From assembly GCA_034780895.1 (NCBI GenBank), contig JAUZTB010000127.1, positions 66,317,231 to 66,381,230 on the forward strand: 64,000 nt of DNA, written 5' to 3'. The stretch is from Rhynchobatus australiae (Eukaryota). The notes under the pieces were generated by a model that worked only from the letters and a program-made list of their open reading frames with translations, was not told where the DNA came from and searched no databases. Positions 13,765-23,586 of this stretch are shown here, piece by piece (position 1 is the stretch's first letter; every line of letters begins with the position of its first letter). A program made the translations under genes and the position numbers.

Positions 13765-13973
13765 ACTTTTATACAGCACAGTAACAGGCCCTTCCAGCCC
13801 AACATGCCTAATTACACCCATGTTAACCTACTAAACTGTACATCATTGGAATGTGGGAGGAAACCCACGCAGTCACAGGGAGAATGTACAAACTCCTTAC
13901 AGACAGTGGCGGGAATTGAACCCCGATCGCTGGTGCTGTAATAATGTTAAGCTGACCGCTACGCTACCCTGCC
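13765..13973 (-). mobile_element. HE1/V-SINE with CR1-like tail
   Basis: Minus-strand head GGCAGGGTAGCGTAGCGGTCAGC, B-box GGTTCAATTCCC, V-domain, tail GGGCTGGAAGGGCCTGTTACTGTGCTGTAT. Confidence 0.9.
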
Positions 13974-14262
13974 CATCTGGTAATCCCTTCCCATGACAGC
14001 ACAGAATAAGGGTATCTGTTTCGGGAGTCTGAGTGATGTGGCTTGCCTAGTGTAGTTGGCTGAGTTTAACTTGGGCCTCATTATGGAGGATATTGCCCTG
14101 GGAGAGGACGACAACTTTGGTTCATTTATCCTTGCAGTGAATTTTTTATGGAGACAACATTTGTGGTATCTATTGTGAAATGCCCACTGTAAGTAGTCCG
14201 GATCTCAGAAGCACATCAGAGGGTAAAGATTACAGCCGTCCAAAGGGCTGAGTTTGGTGCCA
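13973..14262 (-). mobile_element. RTE LINE fragment, right part of the interrupted copy
   Basis: Minus strand encodes RLPKQIP...HGKGLPDG, which directly precedes the KRFKD motif found at about 13090. Confidence 0.7.
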
Positions 14263-15252
14263 TGTAGTGTTTTTAATTGGCTGTAGAATTTAGCTATCAG
14301 CAATTTTAAGTTGTTTCTTGTTTAAAACTCTTTGGGGAAAATTGTACCATGTCCAATTTAGCAATTTGAGTTTAATGATTCAACAATTAAGGTACCGATA
14401 TTTGAGGATATTTTTGTCGTAAATTTAGTCATTGCCATCTTCTTGGGCAGTCCTCTGCAGCAGCAGGTCTCCTTTTTCCTCTCTAATTCCCTTTCATTTT
14501 TGAGCAACAATATTATTTTGAATCCTGACATTTCACTTTTCCCTTGACTTACTGGCATGAAAGCACAATGGTCAAAGGTGATTAACTCTGCACAAATTAG
14601 AAACTGAATCTGGAATTTTCTGGCTCCATGTTGGTCAATACCTGCACCACAGAGTCCTGGAAATTCTCAGTTGGATTCTTGCATAATGTTGACTGTAGTT
14701 GACTTGGAACATTTATTTTGGTGCAAAGTCTTCTTGGTATATCTTGGACTTTTTATTAACCAAACTATCTAATTGATATAGTTGAACAAACTTTCATTCT
14801 TTTAGGTGGGTTCATGTGGGTGAAAGCTCATTGGATGGTGATTACTTGGTAACATGTTTGAAACAGGTTTGTCTTGTATTGGGTGGAGAAGTCATTTGCA
14901 GATTTGATATAAAAAGTATAGCAGGCCCATGCTGGAAAGAAATTCACAAACAAAATCTTAACTACTTTCCCCTTTCCAACACTAGAGTTCTAGTACACTT
15001 GTGGAACTTTATGGTTTATGTCTGAACTCCATGCAATGTTAATAAACTAAATGAACACAATTGGGTTGTATCTCCTGTTGTAAAGGCCCCAAGAATGGAA
15101 TACCTTGTGGTAACTGGTTAAGACAGATATTGTATTCTTACAATATGTGGCTATTGTTACTTTATAAACATCCACTAGAGCTTATTTATTGAATCAAAAA
15201 GATGCTTGTTTTGTGGATGCATTTTGCTGGTCTTATTTTTTTGCTTATGATA

Positions 15253-15597
15253 GCCCTCTCGCCTCTTAAGTCAAAGTTTGTGTTGACAATCTAAGGACCT
15301 AAGTATACAATTTAGGTTCAAGTGCTGCAGTGCTGGAATCTTGCCTTTCAGATAAGATTTTTTTTTTATTTGCTGTTTTGAGTGGACTTGATGGCATTAT
15401 TTTGAAGAGCAAGGCACTTATCCCATTGTCCCGATCAATATTTATTCCTCAATCATTCACTGTAAACAATGTCTGATTATGACTGTATGTGGAAACTTGC
15501 AGTGCCAAAATCTGTTTCATTGCTTAAAGCCAAAGAGTTTTTTTAGGGAATTACTTTGGAATGTCTTGAATTTGTGAAATAATAAGTGGAAGTATTT
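15253..15597 (+). mobile_element. Deu-domain SINE (SacSINE1-like), decayed
   Basis: ATGGCATTATTTTGAAGAGCAAGG...GTCCCGATCAATATTTATTCCTCAA matches the recalled Deu core (GGCCAATATTTATCCCTCAAC). Confidence 0.7.
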
Positions 15598-15649
15598 GCT
15601 TAAGATGAAAATCATATCCTTTATATGCCATAACTACTTATTTTAGAAG

Positions 15650-15863
15650 GTGGAGACACAAGCGATTGCAGATACTGGAACTCTGGAGCAACAAAGACAA
15701 AATGCTGGAGGAGCTCAGCATGTCAGGCAACATCTGTGGAGGGAAATGAAGCCATTGATTTGGGCCTGATGAAGCGTCTCTGCCCTAAATGTTGACCGTT
15801 CATTTCCCTCCATGAATGCTGCCTGACCTGCTGAGTTCCTTCAGCATTTTGTGTTCGTTGCTC
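15650..15863. mobile_element. Palindromic Penelope-derived element with hammerhead-like core
   Basis: Inverted arms; CTGATGA at 15766-15772 followed by AGCGTCTCTGCCC-TAAAT-GTTGA; flanks CTTATTTTAGAAGGTG and CTTATTTTACTAGGTG (16 bp, 2 mismatches). Confidence 0.85.
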
Positions 15864-15892
15864 CTTATTTTACTAGGTGTCTTGATGATGGT

Positions 15893-16184
15893 ATAAGATT
15901 TCTTTTTATTAATCACATGTACATCGAAACACAGTGAAATGCATCTTTGAGTAGTATGTTCTGGGGGCAGCCCGCAACTGTCACCATGCTTCTGGCACCA
16001 GCATAGCATGTCTACAACTTCCAAACCTGTACGTCTTTTGGAATGTGGGAGGAATTGGGAGCACCCGGAGGAAACCTGCACAGTCATGGGTAGAACATAC
16101 AAACTCCTTACAGACAGCGGTCAGAATTGAATCCGGGTCGCTGGTGCTGTAACAGCATTACGCTAACCACTACACTACTGTGCC
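15893..16184 (-). mobile_element. HE1/V-SINE with Rex-Babar-like tail
   Basis: Minus-strand head GGCACAGTAGTGTAGTGGTTAGC, B-box, V-domain; tail CACTGTGTTTCGATGTACATGTGATTAATAAA. Confidence 0.9.
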
Positions 16185-16311
16185 TACCTTGACATTGTAT
16201 ATTTAGTAAAAATCAAAGCATTTGTGACTTCCATCTGATCACTTGGCTGATCCTAGCATGCTACTGGAGAAATTGTTTTGCTTAAGTCCAATGTGTGATA
16301 TTGTTCTAAGG

Positions 16312-16658
16312 GCATGGTAACATTGTTTGTTGGACTAGTAACCTAGAAGTCTGGCCTAAAGATCTGGTGACTCAGGTTCAAAAATCCACCATGCCAGCTA
16401 GAGAATTTAAATTTAATTAGTAAAATAAAAATAATAAATTGGAATAAATAGATCACGATGACCATGAAACTAATACACTTTTGCATTAAAAACCCATTGG
16501 TTTCACTAACATCTCCCCTTGGGGAAGGAAATCTGTTGTCCCTAAACATGTCCTATGTGGACCTGCCTCTGGAATGGTCTAGCAAACTACTTGGTTCCAA
16601 GTAAGCAGAGTTGAGCAATAACAGTTAGTCTTGTCAGTGAACCCATGTCCAGTGAATG
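16312..16658 (+). mobile_element. Older tRNA-derived SINE (non-V) with LINE-derived tail
   Basis: GGACTAGTAACC...GGTTCAAAAATCCACCATG head, body AAAACCCATTGGTTTCACTAAC...GGGAAGGAAATCTG; tail resembles 35160-35212. Confidence 0.65.
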
Positions 16659-17428
16659 GTGTGCACACTCAAACTCTCTCTCACACACTCACTCTACTGG
16701 ATAAGTGCATCAATTGCATTCAACCATCCTAAATTAGGGTTTCTGAATGCCCCTATTTCCAGGGGCAGTCTTTGGATGAGGCACTTGTATCTCCAGATGC
16801 ACAGTGTCCTGGCAGAAAAAGCTCTGCTTCACAAAACTCATTTCAGACAGTTGAGTAGTTGTATTGGTGAGCAGATGGTGTTTGTCCTCCTTGCTGAATT
16901 AATGGTCCTGCATTTTGGAATCGTGACTCACTGGAACAATGGGATGGTAACTGAAAAGAATCTGGGTGATCTAAGAAAAGCAAAATCACTCGATGAATAT
17001 GTCAAACCGGACTAAAAGATAGCATTCACTGTACATTTATTCCATTTCATTTGTCAGTGCACAGTGCTCTGTGACATTGGTGCTATGCAGGACATTTATT
17101 GTAATATTTATAGAATGTGTGAATGAATGTGTTTCAACAGTGTGATGTCACATGTGTCATTATTTGCACATTGGTTTTGCATCTATAGTGTACATGTCCA
17201 ACTGTTGGAACATAGGCTGTGAAACTTTCTTTGCCTCCCCAGACTAGGCAATTTACATTTTCTTTTCGGGTACTTTGCTGTGCTGTCATTTTGCATATCC
17301 CTGCATTTGGTTTAGAAAATGGTCACCAGACCTGAAACAAAGTGGTGGGGGTGAGGTGGTGGGGGGGGGGGTAAAAAAAACTGATGGAAAACCAAAGATT
17401 TGCTGTTGGGCAAGGACCTTCCTGGCCA

Positions 17429-17797
17429 NNNNNNNNNNNNNNNNNNNNNNNNNNNNNNNNNNNNNNNNNNNNNNNNNNNNNNNNNNNNNNNNNNNNNNNN
17501 NNNNNNNNNNNNNNNNNNNNNNNNNNNNNNNNNNNNNNNNNNNNNNNNNNNNNNNNNNNNNNNNNNNNNNNNNNNNNNNNNNNNNNNNNNNNNNNNNNNN
17601 NNNNNNNNNNNNNNNNNNNNNNNNNNNNNNNNNNNNNNNNNNNNNNNNNNNNNNNNNNNNNNNNNNNNNNNNNNNNNNNNNNNNNNNNNNNNNNNNNNNN
17701 NNNNNNNNNNNNNNNNNNNNNNNNNNNNNNNNNNNNNNNNNNNNNNNNNNNNNNNNNNNNNNNNNNNNNNNNNNNNNNNNNNNNNNNNNNNNNNNNN
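17429..17797. other. Assembly gap, the largest of nine (others: 22808-23039, 24956-25055, 33353-33398, 39905-39978, 42576-42641, 44306-44405, 47012-47111, 49828-49927)
   Basis: Runs of N. Confidence 1.
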
Positions 17798-18472
17798 CAA
17801 GGGCTCTCTGTGACTTTAAGAGAGCTGCAAAAACCTCAGATAAACTATGCACTTCAACAGCGTTTCTGCAGCTTTACAGAGAGATAAACAGAAGTTCCCG
17901 AGATAACTAGAACTCTGCAGCTGAATGTTCCTCTCAGCTCAAGTAAACATAGTACGAAGGTTACACACTCCCACTTTACTTGAAAAGAATGTACTGATGA
18001 CAGCTTTAGTTCTGTATAGAGCTTGTATGTTAATTTCTGGTTGCAGTTGAAAGAATTTTTTGAAATCAGTGCAACTAAGAATTGGTATTTTATTCAGTAG
18101 CATATCTAATGTCCGATTTGAGAGGCATCCGTGTGCAGTAAGCCACAATTTTTGTTGTAAATAGAAATCCGCTGTAGTGGAATCGCAGATGCTGCAGAGG
18201 TTTCACTCGGCAGCCATTCTGAATAGAGTGTGACTGGAAGCTCCACTCTGAGTGCGCTTCGTGGTTTCTAGGCAACAGCCTTGCCGAAGAAATGACCTCT
18301 CCAACGTTTATTGACAACTCATTGGTAGCCCTGTGCTCTTATCTGTGCTAGGCCAATGTAGCTGATGCACAGAGTAGCTGAGATCAATGTCTCCTGAGCT
18401 TGGTGTTCCTGATGTAAACAATAATGGAATTGGCTCGGCTGCCGATCCAGTGAAGACCAGTCAAAAATTTAA

Positions 18473-18620
18473 AAAAAACTGCAGACATTGGAAATCTGAA
18501 GTAAAAAATCAGGGTATTGGGACATACTCAAGTTGTGAAGGGAGGTCTTTCTCCCAAAACTGCTTCTCTCCTCTCAGATGTTGCCTGAGCTGCTGAGTAT
18601 TTCCAGCATTTTTTTATTCC
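18473..18620. mobile_element. Penelope-derived element, decayed and partly palindromic
   Basis: AACTGCAGACATTGGAAATCTGAA...TGAAGGGAGGTCTTTCTCCCAAAAC...CAGATGTTGCCTGAGCTGCTGAGTATTTCCAGCATTTT. Confidence 0.7.
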
Positions 18621-19104
18621 ATTCTGAAGTTTAGTTCCACTGCCTGTAGCTGCACTCTAATGCCTAGTGCCAATTTTATTTTGCATCAGTCTCGACTCTG
18701 ATTGTCATTGGGCAGTTCTACAGTGGAAGATGTTGTCATGAGGGTGAATCCTTTCATCTTTGAAAATATACATGTTAGATTCCTAATCAGGATTTGTGAG
18801 GGGAAAAATGGTTAAAGTGTGCTCATTCTGAGTTTTGGATAATCTTTTATCTCCTTCTCCCTCAAATCCTGAGATATTGAGACTATTAAAGTTCCCCAAG
18901 TCTCAAGGGAGGGAAAGAAAGTGTTCTGCCTCGAACCTCTTTTATGGTAGAGAATCTTTGAAGGATCTTAAACTACATTAAAGTGGAAAGATGATACCCT
19001 GCCAGGGTTTTTCAGCCATTATGTTGATGTGTTTGGTCCAGTTAAGATTCTGGTAATGGTGACTAGCAGGTGATGAACATACGTGCGAGCACATAGCCTC
19101 TTGC

Positions 19105-19256
19105 AACATTTAGGAAGTAACTGGGTGAGCACATGAACCAGCAAGGCATATTAGGCTACAGACAAAGTGATAGAGAATGCAATTAATAGAGATGGGTACT
19201 TGATGGTTGGTATGGACATCATTGGCGGAAGGATCAGTTTCTGTGCTGTTTGACTT
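19105..19256 (+). mobile_element. CR1 LINE 3' tail
   Basis: GAGCACATGAACCAGCAAGGCATA...GGTATGGACATCATTGGCGGAAGGATCAGTTTCTGTGCTGTTTGACT. Confidence 0.7.
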
Positions 19257-19878
19257 GTATGTTGTGGAAGCACAAACCTATCTTGTAATTAGCTTCTGTT
19301 CTGAGTGTGCACAAAACCAGAATGATGTACACAAAATGGTAGGAAATGGGTGTGAGAGGAAATCCTTGCATTACACCCAAATCTGACCATTCACTGATGC
19401 CATTAGGTTCAGGTGGATGATTAGTTGTGACTTGCTAGTTGTTAAATAACTAGCAAGAGTTGCGTAATCCTGATCTGTAATTTTTGGAATTTGATAACCA
19501 GCTCCACAGTAGTCTTAAGAGTTGAAGTATTTCAATAGTCAATCAGGCAACTTCTTAAACTTAGCAATAGTTCCAGAAAAATTGTTTCCAGTATTGGTTG
19601 ACTAAGGAGTGGGAGATCACACATCGGACAGGAAGTTACGAGATGGTATTTTACACAGATTATGTGCATTGCACACAAGTAAGTTAGTTATATGTTACAC
19701 CAACAGAATACGGGTTATTCAAGAGCCTGTATTTAAGCTTTATATAAAATGTCTCTACAGGAGACCACTGAGCACATTGTTCTTCCCTGCTGAGGCAGGC
19801 CTACCTGACCAGAGGGAAATACTTGGATACGAAGATGATTTGAGAACACAACCTAAACTAGAATGCCACAAGATCTCA

Positions 19879-19973
19879 AATCAATGAAGGGTCCCAGATC
19901 TGAAGCATTAACTGTTTCTTTTTTCCATAGTTGCTGCCTGCCTTGCTGTGTGATTCCAGCATTTTCTGTTTTG
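19879..19973 (+). mobile_element. 95-bp Penelope-derived insertion with perfect 16-bp TSD
   Basis: ATGCCACAAGATCTCA at 19863-19878 and 19974-19989; the insert starts at a decayed hammerhead core (TCAATGA-AGGGTCCCAGATCT-GAAGC-ATTA). Confidence 0.85.
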
Positions 19974-20361
19974 ATGCCACAAGATCTCATTTATGCAGCA
20001 AAATCTTCTGTACTTAATAGCTGGGTTGCCCTATGTGTTTTAAAAAAGATGTGATCCACTTAAACTCTGGTCTTGTTTGCTTGAACATAGATTTGTCTTG
20101 TGCTGCTGCTTGCATTTTATTTTTATCACAACTGGATAACCTGATAAGAAATTACTTTTACACTTGGATTTTCATGATTACGTTTTCAGGTCCCAATTTG
20201 ATGTGACATTCAAGAATCAAATCAAGACTTGCCACTGAGCTTTCTTGGCAACAGCTTTGTCTGAGATTGCATTGTGGATGAAAAATCTCCAGCAATAAAG
20301 CAAAGAGTTAAATTTCAGAAACTGCATTGAGATCTCTTCCTGAAATTTATCTTCCAGTGCC

Positions 20362-21162
20362 ATCAGAATCGGGTTTATTATCACTGACTTGTATGTCATG
20401 AAATTTGTTGTTTTGCAGCAGCAGTAGAGTGCAAAGACACAATGACTATAAATTACAAAATAAGTAGTGCAAAACAAAAGGAATAACAAAGTAATGTTCA
20501 TGGACTGTTCATAAATCTGATGGTGGAGGGGAAGAAGCTGTTCCTAAATTGTTGAGTGTGGGTCTGCAGGCTCCTGTACCACCACCTCAATGGTAGTAAT
20601 GAGAAGAGGGCATGTCTCAGATGGTGTGGGTCTTTAGTGGTAGATGCCACCTTCTTGAGGCACCCCCTCTTGAAGATGGCCTTGATGGTAGGGATGGTTG
20701 TACCCATGGTGGAGCTGGCTGAGTCTATAACCCTTTGCAGCCACTTGCACTCCTGTGCACTGGAGCCTCGATACTGTGCTATGATGCAACCAGTCAAAAA
20801 GCTCTCCACTGTACATCTATAGAAATTTGCAAGAGTCTCTGACATACCAAATCTCTTCAAACTCCTAATGAAGTAGTGCCGCCTTTGTGATTGCATCAAT
20901 GGGTTGGGTCCAGGATAGATCCTCAGATGTTGACAACCAGGAACTTGAAGCTGCTCACCCTTTCCACTGCTGACCCTTCAATGAGGACTGGTGTGTGTTC
21001 TCCTGACTTCCCCTTTCTGAAGACCACAATCAATTCCCTGGTCTCGCTGACGTTGACTATGAGGTTGTTGTTGCGACACCACTCTACCAGCCGATCTATC
21101 TCTTTAGCTTCCTCATCGCCATCTGAGATTCTACAGCAACAGTGGTGTCATCAGCAAATTTG
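20362..21162 (-). mobile_element. Rex-Babar LINE, 5'-truncated (RT C-terminus and 3' UTR)
   Basis: Minus strand KFADDTTV at about 21160-21137, VEWCRNNNLIVNVSETRELIV, and ORF 20498-20899 (FYRCTVES...LQRVI...KDPHH...FRNSFFPSTIR). Confidence 0.92.
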
Positions 21163-21748
21163 CAATGTTGAATCATTATTATTTATAATTCAACATTGTA
21201 AATTTCTGGGAAATTTTGCTTTGTCTTCCTTGTGATGTTACTGCATCACATGCATTTTGGAAATGGCAAGGCACGTGTATTCGAAAACTGTCAACTGCTT
21301 CATTATGTTGTATGTAAAAACATTAAAAGGCATTAAGGTGCCTGCTGTGAATGATGCAGTTATATTTCTGCTAAATGAACAGAATATAAGTGTCAGGTCA
21401 GGTGAGTTTGGACCCATCTGTTTCAGCGGCTAAGTCCTGAGAAATGGGTGTCAACCAAAATAATTAGAATGTTTCCCAAGCATCCTGCTGACAGATTTTT
21501 AAAATTGGAGCTTGCACATCCTTTCTTGAAAAAGGGGTGGGGCAGGAGGGTGGGGGTAGGAACTGTGCCATCTATTCATCCCTCATTGCCTGTGAACAAG
21601 ACAGCTTGAGGGAATGAGGCCTCTCTTTATTTCCACTCTGTTGGAGCACCAGTGTTCTGTTTGCACAGGGCAGGGAGGCAGCTCTTCCCAGCAATCTGCG
21701 TAACAGCTGGACCTCTTCTGCCCTGGAGTAGTAAATTAACTGCCTGCA

Positions 21749-21780
21749 CTCCACCCTAAAAGAGGGTGGAGCCTATAAGG
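21749..21780 (+). promoter_or_regulatory. Inverted CACCC-box pair plus TATA-like motif; candidate internal promoter
   Basis: CTCCACCCT-AAAAG-AGGGTGGAG is a perfect 9-bp inverted repeat followed by CC-TATAAG, about 240 bp upstream of the KLF exon in non-repetitive DNA. Confidence 0.4.
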
Positions 21781-22015
21781 CTTCAGCAGTCGACACCTTG
21801 GGATTAGGAGCTGTTCTTTAAAAAATCGGAATGGGTTGTGTGTCAGTCTGTGTGCTGTGATCTTAACGAGGAAAGGTATTCTCATTTTTGTTTACCATTT
21901 TTAACTTGCTAGTTTCATCTTTTTGTCTGGGTGGAAGAAGCTGTTTGTGAGTTCAGGGAATAAAACTGTTCTGATGGCCTGCTTCTCACCCCTCCCCCAT
22001 TCTCTCCCTCTGCAG

Positions 22016-22117
22016 AGCTCTGTAGGCACTGGCGATGTGGAGTACAGCAGTATGCTAATGCTTGAAGGAATGCCAGCTATAAGAATCAAAACAGAGCCGG
22101 CGGAACCTGGGCAAGGG
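22016..22117 (+). CDS. KLF12: Coding exon of a Kruppel-like factor, KLF12-like (paralog KLF8 not excluded); N-terminal exon with IKTE SUMO-type motif
   Basis: Long pyrimidine tract ending TGCAG (AG 22014-22015), donor GG|GTAAGT at 22118, 102 nt, phase 0/0. Peptide MLMLEGMPAIRIKTEPAEPGQG aligns with recalled human KLF12 MLMLDGMPAVRVKTELLESEQG, and as recalled the human exon ends at the same QG. Family call is strong; orthology is less certain. Confidence 0.8.
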
Positions 22118-23409
22118 GTAAGTCCAACTCTCTAGACAGTTCACTAATTACTTCCAGACCTCAGGAATGTCAGGAACAAACCACCATAGTCTGAAGATGG
22201 AAGGAAAATATTTCTATCCTTGGAATAAAGCTCTTTTTTTAATTTAAGATTTAAAAGGCAATGCCTAATGTCATCTTTTGTTTTACTTGCCTTTTTTAGA
22301 CAGTTTCTTTATCCACAATTATTCAATTATATGACACAAATTTAATGGTTTTTGTTTTATTGACAGAAGTATCAACCTTTTAAAGTAAATCATTCTCGCC
22401 TGCTTCAGATTTTTCTTTTCCTATTCACATATTGTTTAAAATATTTTTTTCTTTTTTCTTAATGTAATCCCTTTCTTCACTTGCAAATGTGGTGAGGTGG
22501 GGGGCGGGGATAGGGTGGGGGTGGGAAGAGAGGAAATAGTCTTAAGGACAACCTTCAATGTTAGACTTGCATAGGAAGCTGAAAGATTAACTCCTTCTTT
22601 CGTCCCAGTCGCAGAGGTCTCTAAATCTGTATTAATATATAGGTTTAATGGTTTTAATTTTCTGGAACTAAATTTCAATGCCAGAATTTTTAATTTAATT
22701 TAAATGTTTTTAAAATAGAGGTTACTTGTAAAGAATTATTTATTTTAATATGCTTAAAACAAACACAAGCAGATATATTTTGAAACCCCATGTTTTCCCT
22801 GAAGATANNNNNNNNNNNNNNNNNNNNNNNNNNNNNNNNNNNNNNNNNNNNNNNNNNNNNNNNNNNNNNNNNNNNNNNNNNNNNNNNNNNNNNNNNNNNN
22901 NNNNNNNNNNNNNNNNNNNNNNNNNNNNNNNNNNNNNNNNNNNNNNNNNNNNNNNNNNNNNNNNNNNNNNNNNNNNNNNNNNNNNNNNNNNNNNNNNNNN
23001 NNNNNNNNNNNNNNNNNNNNNNNNNNNNNNNNNNNNNNNTTTAAATTTATTACTTGATCAATCTGAATTTGAAAAAAACAACTTAATTCTTGGCTGAATT
23101 CATTTGTTGTATCAATGGGGTTACTACATTTGGTGTTAATGCCTTTTGGGGGATGGGTGACAGGGTTGTTGATGGGAAATAGAATTAGTCAGAGTCCTGG
23201 ATTCGAGTGCTATCTAGAGACCACATTTGGAAAGTGTATTATGAACACTTGAACCAGCACCAAGCATGTTGTTCATGTGATGTCCTCAGGTGATATAAGC
23301 CACCATTATGCTTTGCCTAAGTTTTTGTTCCCTTTTGTAAAACTTTGGACAAGCCATATAAATGACTGTCCTGCACCTTGCCTCTATGGTGGGTGTTTTT
23401 TTAAAAATG

Positions 23410-23586
23410 TTATTTACAGCGTGGTAACAGGCCCTTCCTGCCCAACGAGTCTGCGCTGCCCATTTTAAATCCCAAATTAACCTACCCATACGTCTTTGGA
23501 ATGTGGGAGGAAACCGGAGCACCCTGAGGAAATCCACGCAGACATGGGAGAACGTACAAACTCCTTACAGGCAGCGGTGGGAATTC
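23410..23586 (-). mobile_element. HE1/V-SINE, 5'-truncated, CR1-like tail
   Basis: GGTAACAGGCCCTTCCTGCCCAAC...CGTCTTTGGAATGTGGGAGGAAACCGGAGCACCC...AAACTCCTTACAG. Confidence 0.9.

Noticed and set aside
17275-17910. Long ORFs containing runs of X
   Set aside because: They are open only because they cross N gaps.
20498-20899. 133-aa ORF that looks like a real protein
   Set aside because: It is the RT C-terminal region of a truncated Rex-Babar LINE, not a host gene.
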